A stretch of 53,143 nucleotides of DNA, the filler included, from Streblomastix strix (taxonomy: Eukaryota): assembly GCA_008636045.1 (NCBI GenBank). It is 2 parts of 2 records of this genome, joined end to end, with 100 filler letters (N's around TTAATTAATTAA, not from the genome) between each part and the next. Parts side by side here need not be neighbours in the genome. Positions count along the whole stretch, not along the records: positions 26,661 to 53,143 come from SNRW01000164.1; 1 more part is not named here. One strand, written 5' to 3'. Below, in pieces: positions 41,862-53,143 of this stretch; the stretch's first letter is position 1, and each line of letters starts with the position of its first letter. The notes under the pieces were generated by a model. It did no database searches. It saw only the letters and a list, made by a program, of their open reading frames with translations, and was not told the origin of the DNA. The translations under genes and the position numbers were made by a program.

Positions 41862-44800
41862 GATATAGATATATAAATACATACAAATATAAAAAAATAA
41901 AAAATAATATGCAAACCGGAATTGCAACTCATCCAACAAAAACTTCATCTTCATAATCATAATCATCTTCATCACTTTCATATTCTTCATATTCTTCCTT
42001 ATCATATTTCTTCTTCTTTCTATCCAAGACTTCAATAAACAATTCTCTTTCATTTGTCTTCTCGGGATCAAAGTCAATATCAAACAGTTCATCAAAATCA
42101 ACATCAATTGCTTTGTTGTATGTTTTGGTTTCTTTCTCTTCTGCGCCAATAATTAATCTCGTAAATGGATTGGGTTTCCGTTTTGGTTCGTTTTGTGCTA
42201 AATTGTTCAAATCGAGAACTTTAACTCTGACAACTCCAATCACATATTCAGATTCATCAAGTTCTCTTCCTTAAACTTTCAATGGATCAAAATAATCAAA
42301 GTCTTTTTATTTATCATCTTTTTTCTTTCTTTTCATATCTTTCTTCTTCTTTTCATCGTCATCTTTCGGATTCTAATACAATTCTCTCAAATTTTATTCT
42401 TATTCTTTCTGCTTCTTTTTGTTCTCTTCATCAATCTTATCCTGGATATATTTCTCTTCTGATATGTACATAAGAGAAAAACAAACTTTCCCGCAATTCT
42501 TCTCTTATTCTTATCTTTACTTCAGAGATAACTTAGATTGTGAATGATTGTATCCTTCAGTATCTTTCTTCTTGTATATGAAGACTTCATTGTAGATCTC
42601 ATGTTCAAATATTGGGAGGATCTAATAATAATAAAATATAAATAATAATTATCAATTTAAATAAATTTATTAAATATTTCAAATAAACTTAAATAATCAA
42701 TAATAAAAATAAATATATTTCATTTATATATTTTCAATTACATATAAATTCAATCTATACAAATAAAAACCTCCACAATTCCAGCTCCAATCAGATCATT
42801 GCTTCCAATTCTATCATAATCCCAAACTTCAATATCGATTTCTTTCCTTTCCTTCATCTTATTAGGAATATATAATAGCTCAAATTATTCACCAATATAA
42901 TCATAGTTTTATGTGTTATGAGCAACTGATGTTTATTTTGATTCATCAGCACCAAGTTTGAATACAACATATGGATCGAATTTGTCCATGAAATCCATTT
43001 CAGGTAAATCTCGAACTTTGACATTTCGGATCTTAACTACTCCTTTGATGTATTTGGAATCATTTTCATCATATTTCATTTTTTTGGGATCTTTTTTGGA
43101 TTTATTTTTTGAATCTGGATCTGATTCATCACTTGATTCATTATCTCCACTTTTATCTTCTGAATTTGAGTCTGAATCATAATCTTTTTATTTGGGTTTC
43201 TTTCTTTATTTTAATTAATTATCTTTATCTTTATCTTTATCTTTTGGTTTATTATATTAATCTTCATCTTCATCAGATTAATCCTTTTATTATTGTGGCT
43301 ATCTTTTTCTCACTTTTTCTTTTTCTTTATCTTATTATTTAGGTTTATTATCTTCATCTTCTGAGTTTGAGTCTGATTCATAATCTTTTTATTTTGGTTT
43401 CTATCTTCTTTTCAATTCATTTTCATTTTCTTTATCTTTTTCTTATTATTTCTCTTCAGGTAAATAAATCATAGTAAATTTGATTATTCCATTGTTTTTA
43501 TCTGGTTTATATTATGCGAGATTTGATTTCAGTTTTGATTGATCCTTCTTCTTATCAGGTTTTGGTTGTAAATACAATTCAAAATCTATTTCATGTTATA
43601 GAGCTGGAAGTATCTGTTGTAGGATAAGTAAATAGAAATGAATATGAATTAATATGAATAAATTAAATATAATAAAATAAATAATATGTGCTTTATATAG
43701 AAATAAAACAAATTATTAATATAATTTATTTATAAATATACAATAATATATAATAAACAAAATATAATAATATATACCTCCACATTCACAGATCCAATCA
43801 AATCATCCAAACCAACTTTATCATAATCCCAAACTTCAAGAGTAACATTTCCATCTCCTTTCATTATACTTGGATCATAAATCATCTCATATTCTTCACC
43901 TTCATACAAATGATTCAAAGTATTCTTAGCTACTGAAGTCTGCTTCTCATCATTTCATAATCGTAATAAAACATATGGATCATATTTTCCAATTAAATCC
44001 ATCTTAGGAAGATCTTCAACTGATATGTTACTCAATATAACTTTGCCTTTCACATATTTCAGACTTTTCGCTTCTTTCATTTTCTTGTCTTTTGCATCTT
44101 CCAGTTTATTGATCCTATCCTGCATCTATTAAACTGCTTCATCTTCTTTTTTATGTTCTTCATCTTCTTTTTTTTTTATTATTCTGCAATTATGGGATAA
44201 ATTCAATTGTTAAATACGCAATTCCTGTTGGTTCATCATATTCATCTTGAATTTTGACTTCTTTGTCTTGTTTGTTGTTCAGGAAGGGAAGGATCTATGA
44301 TTCAAAGGATATATACAATATATGAATAAATATATACAAATAACAATAATTTAATTTAACATAAAACAATTTCAGTATTTAATAATATAATCACACATTA
44401 ACATTCGCTCCGCCGATCTTATCATCAGAAGCATAGTCATCCTTATCCCAGACTTCAATCTTCATTGAATCTGATTAATTTGGATCAAATTGATACTCAA
44501 ACTCAAATTATTCATTGAATTCTGCATCAGTTGCTCCTTTTTTAGGTTTAGTTTTCTCTATTTAATTCAGAACCAACAAAGTAACATAAGGTCTTTTTTC
44601 AGCTTCGGGATCATATGTTACTAAATCACGCACACTATGCACAGTTATTTTCAATATTCCTTTCTTGTTCTCATTTTCGGATTATTTCGCTTTTTGTGCT
44701 TATTTCTGTCTTTTAGCTTTCAGTTTCGAAAGAAGATCTGCTATAGCTCTTTTAAGCTCATCTATTTCACGCTGAAGGTATTCCAACATTTTGTCTTCTA

Positions 44801-45054
44801 AGGCAACTTGTTTCAGATGTTGTGTTTTAGAAAGATCTACTTCGTTGTATTATTGTTCTTTTTAATCAATCGCGATTTTCATTTCTTCAATAAGTTTATT
44901 GACATCTACGGTATTTAAAGTCTAACCATCTTTTATATTTGGGGTATTTTTTTCGTTACCTCTCAATGCTAGAAGGAGAAATGGCAGTGACTTCTGGCGA
45001 ACTCGTAGAATCGAATTTTACTCGTTTTGCGCCTGAATCGCCGCTTCTGCTCAT
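39221..45054 (-). CDS. multi-C2-domain protein (about six C2 domains, charged linkers, several introns)
   Basis: C2 motifs such as DLPKMDLIGKYDPYV...EVWDYDKVGLDDLIG, DLPEMDFMDKFDPYV...EVWDYDRIGSNDLIG and EVWDQDKILWDEP. TGA at 39223-39221. The 5' end needs a one-base shift at an A-run near 44950. Confidence 0.78.
39311..41520. repeat. intragenic tandem duplication (~1.1 kb) of a C2 module
   Basis: 39311-40425 matches 40426-41520 with near-identical exons (for example ORFs 39896 and 40959) and diverged introns. Confidence 0.88.
41836..41872. repeat. (TA)n microsatellite in an intron
   Basis: Directly visible. Confidence 0.9.
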
Positions 45055-45783
45055 TATTCATAATTCTGTATATTATTTTGATAAGATAAAATCAAATATT
45101 AAATAATTATATTTCAATATTAAAATAATGCAAAAGATTTAACAAGTAAAATATAGTTAATTGCAGAAAAATTTCCTTTTTGTATTTCGACTCAATTATA
45201 TAGAAAAAATCATGTCTATTTAATAAAAAGGATAACATGATATATAATAGTTCGATAACAATATTTTATAATTGAATAAAATTGGAGAAGCGACTACACA
45301 CAAACAAACAGCCTGAAATTTTGTAGAATTTGCTTAAGTTCGCAGATGATATTTTGTGAGTGTATCAAATAGAATATTTGATTGTAGAATTAATAAATTA
45401 CTTTTAAATATGGTATAGTATGTATTAGAAATGTTTGTCAAGCTCAGAACAGTCACAATTTTGGTTCTATGCTCGATACACCATTGAAACTTTCGTATAA
45501 CTATTAGTTTTATCATAAATGTATTCGTTCTAACTAAATTAATTGTTTTAAAATCAAACACCTCCTATTTAAACTGCCTAACTTGAATTGATAATCTGAA
45601 TTTTATTTTTCGTTTTTCTGCACGCATTAAAACAATTAATTAAAATAATTGTATTTATCGTGCCAATATTCTGAATATATTTAATAAAATATCTTTATTT
45701 CTTAATTTTGTTAGTAGACTAATATTTAAAATAAATATTAATTTTTCATTTTTCTATGCCATTAAGATAAACTTACTGTTAGA

Positions 45784-47400
45784 ATGAGTAGAAACCTCTT
45801 AAGTTTGCTTCGTAATCAGTCAGAATAAAAGTTAGATAGTTAACATCCACCGATCCCTGTAGACCCGAACGCATTCTAACACCAAACAATTATTACAGAT
45901 TTTCATAAACAAACTTCAACTCCAAATTATGCATCATTTTCATCCAACCACAGAAATTATAACAATTAGCATTAATATAATTCTAATTTTACTCCCCAAT
46001 AAAACTAATTTGGGCAATTCAATCAATAGAATTCTGGATAGTCTGAAAGAATTGTTAGAAAACCACTCACTTCACTTTTGTCCTCAGCAAAAACAGAATC
46101 ATTCAATAATCAGAATTCATTATAATAGTAATATTAACCCAATTAATCTTCTTATTACAGGCTAGATACAAAACCTCCATAAAACTAATAATAATCAAAT
46201 AATTTACAATAATTCAATCAAAATCCAGAATTGAATCGATCATTTTCAGATACGTTCACAAATCATACACTTCAAATTAGCAATATTCCTTCAAATTAAA
46301 TATTTCACCGAACTTCGCTCCTTTCAAAACTCCAATAAAATCATTTAACAGAATAAATATCTAAATTTAACTCCATTGATTAAAATAATAATTAAAATAA
46401 TAATATTATAAAATAAAATAAAGAACCCGAAAAGAATAACATTATTAAATTTGAAAACAATAATTTTATTAAATTTAATAACAATAATGATATTGAAAAT
46501 ATTGATCCTTCAAATCCAATTTAATAATCTATTAAACAAGAATAAATTGGATTTTCAGAGAATGAATCAGAATAAAACGAAATGAATGATTAAATTCAAA
46601 TCAAATAAACAACAAAAGTTAGAAAGAAAAAGAAGAAACTCACTTCAGAAGAAAAAAATTAACAAAAAATAGAAAAGAAACAAAAAGAAGGAAAAAAACA
46701 ATTAAAAGAAAAAGAAAAATAATAAAATAAATCATCAAGATCAAAAAGTAATACAAAATAAAGTAATTCAAAATAAAAAGATAATAATTAGAAAACTTCC
46801 AGGAAAAGAAGAATAATTAAAATTAAAGAATAAAAACATCTCTAAAATAATTTCATATTATTCATGATAATGACGATGAGGATGATGAAGAATAATTTAA
46901 TTAAAATTATAATATAAGTATTCCAATGGGAAATTAATATTAATAAACAAACGATATAGTAAATAGAAAAGTGAAAAGAAAAAGAGAAATTGAAGAAGAA
47001 GAAGAAGAAGAAAATATCGCCGATGGTATTAATAACTAGAACTAACAATCAAATAAATATAGTAAATTTGATAATTATCTTAAAGATGATGATGAATAAT
47101 AATATTCTGCATCATCTTCATCATCAGAATCAAGCAGTTCCAATTCAAAAAACAAATCCAATACCAAACAAAGAGGATCTTTCAGAGGAATATACTTTGG
47201 AAATTGCATTTGAGGAAGAGGAAGAGGAAGAACAAATAGAAATTAAAAGATCAGAATTCCAAAAAGATTCTCATAATAATGGTAGCAATGGATGGAAGAA
47301 AAAGATTTATGGGAATAAACAGATGAAGGGAAGAAATATTTGAAAGAGAAAGCATAAATGAAAAAGAAGAACAAATTTACTTGCTACAACAGAAATATAT
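45784..47400 (+). pseudogene. low-complexity N/Q/K-rich hypothetical gene with RG-rich C-terminal part; frameshift and TGA
   Basis: ATG 45784 (MSRNLLSLLRNQ...). Apparent frameshift near 46810 and TGA in GNCI*GRGRGR at about 47211. The C-terminal motif is conserved with the 32841 remnant. The lesions could be assembly errors. Confidence 0.55.
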
Positions 47401-48309
47401 AATATAATATCATAAAAGTTAATTTATTCTTATTTTAATTCATTTGTACATTTAATTAAGATTTAATTATATTAATTTATGTTAAACATTTCAAATATTA
47501 AATATAAAATTGAATATTAAATTCATGGAATTTATTTATCTTAAAAGTTTCTTATTTTTTATTTCCTATTATTGATAATGATTACTAAACTACCACTGGT
47601 AAAGACGTTTAAGTCAATTGAATTATTATATATTTGATGTGGAATTGAAAATTTTGAAGTTTATCAGAAAATAATATATAAATATAAATATAAATAGACA
47701 GAGAGAGAAAAAATAAAAAATAAAAAAGAGAAAATGAAAAGAATGGAGAAAAATAAACAATTTGTGCAAAATAAAATAAAAATGTCCATCAAAATGGATT
47801 TGAATTGAATTGAGAGAAGAATATTAGAAGGTGAATGAAATGGAATGACAGTAAAACCTTTTCACTCATAATTTTGCTGTCATATTCCAATTCATTTTTT
47901 GATTGAGGAAGATGATTGTATTTTGTGTTTCAATTATATATGTTGATGATTATTGAAAAATTCATGAAGAAGAGAATGAATTTGTTTAATTGGAGATATA
48001 AGATAAAGGTGTATGAAATAATAACAAATGATTTACAAGACGAATTTCACTAACTTTGAGCCTACATCATAAAATAATAAGAACTCATTGTGAAATAAAT
48101 TAATTACTTAATTATTTATTATTTAAAATATTAAATTAATAATTTCAAACCTTATTTGAATTAGAATTGAGCCCTCCTCTTGCTAGAAGATAACTTAATT
48201 CATTTACATAATGATTACGGAAGAAGGGGTAAATGATGAGATGATATATAAATAAAACAGTGAAATTTATTCAAAATCTTTAAGTTATATTCATTTATCA
48301 ACTTAATTC

Positions 48310-51300
48310 TCAAGCATATTCAATTTTCTTCACACGATTCGAATCATAGATCACATATTCTGGCAAATTGAGGTTGGTATTCATATAGTTTGCAGGAAAA
48401 TAAACACTATCATATCCTTATTTCTTGAGCTATTCTCCAGTTAACTATGGTTCCATCTACTTCATGATCTTAGTTCTTCCAATATCAACTTAGCATTTAA
48501 GAATGACTCCCTTTTGATGTGCTTTTCGATTTGTATCTTCAACATTGAGAGCGAAATATATACCACCTCCTGCAATTCCACCTGTTCCAGGTCTAAATCC
48601 AGTTTGTATGATCTATCTTGCTGCTTCGCGAGATGTTTAATGATATCCATCAACGATATTAATAGCTTTTACTGATTATGGTGGTGGATAATTTTATTTA
48701 TTAATATATGAAGATGGTCGATAAATTTTCTTATCAGAGCATAATCTTGCGCAATTTATACAACAATTTGAACATCCTTCAGTACAACTTGAACAACAAT
48801 CAGAACATCCATCAGTGCAACTTGAACAGCAATCAGAACATCCTTTAGCACAACTTGAACAACATCCACAGCAGCATAAGATTATTGCTACCAAAGCAAG
48901 AGAAACAAATACTATTAGAAATATTGCCCACCAAGGTAAATTAGATTTATTCCAATATCTCTCTAAATATTATTATTGATGCATAATTTTATCAATTGAT
49001 AATGAATAGAAAGTGTTGAAACTTAATTAAATTCCTTAAAGTTCATTTTCATTTGATGTAGAATCACTATAATTCCCTTTAACATATTCTCCTTTATATC
49101 CATATTAACACCATTCTTATAATTTAGTCATTACAATATACAAACTCTATCCTCCATTAGTTGCTGAATTATTGTATATTTTCATTCCTCTAAAATCTAA
49201 CCCAATAGAATTGAAATCATAATCTCCATTTCCAGCAAGAAATATTCCACCTCCAAATCCAAAATGTGATTTATTTGAAAATGCTTGACATCCTTTAATT
49301 AAGATATCTTCAATAATAAACTGAATTTGAATAGAAAAATTAGTATTAACACATATTCCTCCACCATTTGGAGCTCTACAATTATTAAGCGTCATGTTAC
49401 TAATTGAAATTGAACTATTGTTATATTAAATATCACAGAATATTCCACCACCATATACATCTGCAGAACAATTGTCTATAAGAATCTAATTTGATGAAAT
49501 AAAAGATATGCGATAATTATAAATGTAATCATAATAATCTAAATCAGTATATATTCCTCCACCATATGAAGCTGAACATTCTTTGATTATAAGATTGTAT
49601 GATGTAATTGTTAGGGTATTATTATTAAAATGGCAATAAATGTATATTCCCCCACCAAAATATTAGGCTGTACAATTAAAGATAGTAGTATTAATAAACT
49701 CCAGAGAATTATTATTTCAAAAAGAAATGCATATTCCTCCACCACGATTAGCACTACAACTGGTGAATGCTGATCCATTAATAACTTAATGTGTTGAATA
49801 ATACATATCCAGATAGATTCCGTTACCATAAGAACTACTGGAATTCTCAAATATGACTTTGTTCACTTAAACAACACCTTAGTCATATAAATATAAGTAT
49901 GCTCCTCCACCAGAATAAGCTTGACATCCTCTAAATAGACAATCTTCCAAGCTGGGTTAACTACTGGAATCATAAATAGCATAAATTCCACCACCATCTC
50001 AATGAGCTTTACAACCTATGAATTAACATTATCCAGTGATTAATAATATTGATCCATTAGCTATATTTACATAGATACCACCACCATTATCAGCATAACA
50101 ATCTATGAACTAACATTAACCATCGATTGTTAACTTGGCCCCATTATATATAAATGCATAGATTCCACCACCAATATCACCAGCTTAACATTCTTTAAAT
50201 GTTGAATTAGAAATAGAACTTTGACTTCCATTTGATAATCTAAGATATAAAGCTCCTCCATATGAATAGAGTGATGATGATGATATTTCACATTTAATTA
50301 AATTGCAATTTCTTATATTTAGAATGTTATATGAATTGTTCAATCTTATTTCCATTACTCCACCTTCATGATAACTATTATTATATTTTGAAATGTTCTC
50401 AAAGATGCAATCAATTATGTTAATAGCACTTGAAGAACTATTTATATAGATTGAGTTGGAATTAGATTAAATATCTTTTATATTTAGATTTGATAATGTT
50501 AGATTGCCATTATTTAATTAAATAAGTATCTTTTGAATTGTTATTCCTGATTAATTCATTCTCATCTAACAATCATTTAATTCAATTGAAGTTGATGATC
50601 CTGATCCCAAAATAATATAATTACCAACTGTTCCTCCAGATGAAATAATGAAATTGATCTTTTCAAATAGAATTGATCCAGAAACATTGAAATATGTGTT
50701 TGTTTCATTAATGATTAAATCACTAAATGAAGAAAGACTTGTTGAATTCTTTGCAAATCTTCTTACTGGAGATGTTTATGTTATTGAAAGTGTAGATGGA
50801 AGAGTTATTTTATCAATGATATAGACATTGTAAGCACTTGCTGTATTAAGATTATTCTTTATTGTACTTGCATTGAGTGTTTTACATGGACTTGATGATG
50901 AGCATGTTTGTGTATCATTTCCAGATTCTCTCACATAATAATCAAGACAACTGACATCTAAGAAACCAATTGAAGAAATGAAGATTAGAAGCATTATGAT
51001 GATAATTGGAAAGTTCTTATGATTATTATATTTTAATTTATTATCAATAATTGATTATTCATTATAGTTGAGATATTGAATGAGTAAAGAGTGAATGAAA
51101 TTAGAAACAATAGAGATAACTGTAATTAATCCAATCAACTGATAAATGTGCTGACAAATAAAGTTAAGAAGATCTTATACATTATATTGATGTTTTTATT
51201 CTAATTGGTTATTTGCTAATAATAATGAATGATGATTGAGTTAAGAAATTGGTTCAGTATATCTTTATGTGGAAGAAATAGTGTAGTTAGAAAGATGGCC

Positions 51301-51702
51301 ATGCATTTACAATGAATTATCCTACTTGTAACAGATATAATTCTCATTAATGATGAAAGCTTAACAGTTTATAGGCATATAGTTAGTGAATAGTTCGAAA
51401 GAAAGTTTTAAGCTCGTCAATTCAACAGTATAAAAGTCTGAATAAGTAATAAGGACTTGCAAATCATGGAATTGATCATGATTTTATGGTTATTATACCA
51501 ATCCAATTAAAGGATGTGAAGCGTCGTTCAAAATATAGCAGTTGATTTTGATTGTCGCATTGACGTCAATAGGTAAAATGTTTTGCATGTTCGTCACTTT
51601 GATTACGCTTAAAGTAGCCGCGTCAAGCAATAGAGAACATATAACAGCAAATAAAATGCGGCACGTGGAGAATGATGATTGAAACTTCGGCGAGTTTTTC
51701 AT
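48310..51702 (-). CDS. receptor-like ADP-ribosyltransferase: leader, GG-repeat ectodomain, TM, Cys-rich juxtamembrane repeats, PARP/Gig2-like ART domain; two in-frame TGA
   Basis: A single intronless frame of 1131 codons runs from ATG 51702 to TGA 48312-48310. TM LPWWAIFLIVFVSLALVAIILCCC. C-terminus GYHQTSREAARQIIQTGFRPGTGGIAGGGIYFA...ILKCQVDIG...GYDSV...PEYVIYDSNRVK. TGAs at 50001-49999 and 49719-49717. Confidence 0.8.
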
Positions 51703-52335
51703 GTGTGAGTCTAATGTTATAATATAATAATAAAGATAAAATTATGCGCAAAATAATTATATGATTAATCGGAATGTATTTGCAACAAGTTATATAATTG
51801 TAATCGAACAGAAAATGTTTTTTTCTAAAATATTATTCTAAGTTCTTAGTTTAGTAATATTTTAAATTATCATTATATTGAAAATATATGTAATATTGAA
51901 TTAATTAATATTTCAATACAAATATTCACAAATATTAATTGGTTAAGATGATAATAAAAACTATCTTTAGATATGAATATCTTCATAGATAATAAAAGAA
52001 ATTTTGATTTGATTAAAAAATTATTCAAATATATTCATCTGGATTATCATAAGAACATAATATTTACTAATTTTAACTACCTAAAAATATTTAATTAAAG
52101 TTGAAAATAGTTTGTTTTTTTTTTAAAAAAATATATCAAAGTTATTAAAATATAATAATATTACATATAACAGATTTGTATCAATTATATCAATAAAAAT
52201 AAATAAATATTAAAATGAAAAAATAATAAAATCAAGAAAAAAAGTTTAATTAAAAAAAAATCACTAAAAAATAAAATAAATTCTTAAATTTAATTGACTG
52301 TTGTAATATTTAATTTTGAATGATAAATGTAATAT

Positions 52336-53143
52336 TCAATTTTCATCTTCATCTTAATCATATGGATGATCTTTATCTTAATATGAATAAACACTATCCA
52401 AATCAAGATTTAATTCTTCTCCTTCATCTTCATCGGGTTTCAATTTGTCTTATTTCTTCTTTTATTTCTGCTTTTTCTTGTTTTCTTTCTCCTGTTGCTT
52501 CTTTTTGTCTAATAAAGTAGGTAAATCAACATCATCTTCTGATGTTGTGTATAAGATACCAAATAAGACATCTCCTAAATGAAGGAATTCATCTGCACCA
52601 TCTTCTTCAATTTCACGCAGTTGTTCTTCTGGCTTTTCTAAGTTTGACAAAAACTGCAATGTGTAATATAATAATAATTAAAAATTTGATATAAAATGAA
52701 TATAAAAAATATTAATTGTTCCATATTTAAATATATTAATTTTAATAATTAATATTAATATATTTCACTTACTGGTACAAGCAACTCTCCAACAGGTTCA
52801 TCCCAAAGAATTCTGTCTTAATCCCAGACTTCAAATTTAACTTCTCGATCTTTAGTTTTCTTAGGATCAAAATCAAACTTATATTATCTGTTATAAACTG
52901 GATCCAAAGTCTTATGTGCAACTTCAGTTCTAAATTCTTATCCTCACAAATTAAGCACAACATATGGATCAGATTTACGACCAACATCAAATGGGATTAG
53001 ATTACTCAATTCTTCTAAATATATATAAACATATCCAGGTACAAAATAAGTTTCATTCATTTTTATGTCTTCTGTCAGTTTCTTATTCTCTTCTCTCACG
53101 TTCTTTGACATGTGCAGCGATGGCTTCAGGAGATGGAATCTTT
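52336..53143 (-). CDS. 3' end of a second copy of the multi-C2 gene (partial)
   Basis: Near-identical to 39221-40075, with TGA at 52338-52336. Confidence 0.85.

Larger units (their letters stand above)
47277..53143. repeat. second unit of a ~13-14 kb tandem segmental duplication (first unit starts 32841)
   Basis: Collinear matches 32841-33465/47277-47920, 35890-38585/48940-51702 and 38600-40075/51720-53143, including intergenic DNA. Confidence 0.9.

Noticed and set aside
39205..43342. Hydrophobic His/Leu/Phe-rich plus-strand ORFs
   Set aside because: Antisense of K/E/D-rich exons of the C2 gene.
46990..47343. ORF MKKKKK...GRNI as the true C-terminus of the 45784 gene
   Set aside because: An alternative frame gives more natural sequence (acidic runs, RGRGR, WEQTDEGKKYL) conserved with the 32841 remnant.
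48462..48653. ORF MMDIIKHLAKQQ...
   Set aside because: Wrong frame. The overlapping TAR=Gln frame encodes the ART domain.

Overview
AT-rich eukaryotic (protist) genomic DNA using a variant nuclear code in which TAA/TAG encode Gln and TGA is the only stop, so the supplied standard-code ORF track fragments every gene. The code, short AT-rich GT-AG introns and gene families are consistent with an oxymonad such as Streblomastix (inference). Left part (1-21.9 kb): a TmcB-like membrane/TPR protein with a C-terminal hemerythrin-like domain, a coiled-coil protein, a Sir2 deacetylase, and a second, ~11 kb TmcB-like gene with TAA-coded poly-Q. Middle (22.2-32.8 kb): a TIR mini-element with AGTAGT ends, two tandem HNH endonucleases, an SF3/D5-like helicase (virus/Polinton-like fragment), an artificial contig linker, and a decayed DIRS-type tyrosine-recombinase retrotransposon. 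Right part (32.8-53.1 kb): a ~13-14 kb tandem segmental duplication of [surface receptor, multi-C2 protein, low-complexity gene]. The main result is that the two receptor paralogs share the leader, the GG-repeat (Pmp/beta-helix-like) ectodomain and the TM helix but carry different cytoplasmic enzymes. One has a NEK-like kinase and the other an H-Y-E ADP-ribosyltransferase (PARP/Gig2-like) domain that is only visible in the correct code. Both copies also carry in-frame TGA codons. All translations were done by eye and no database searches were run.
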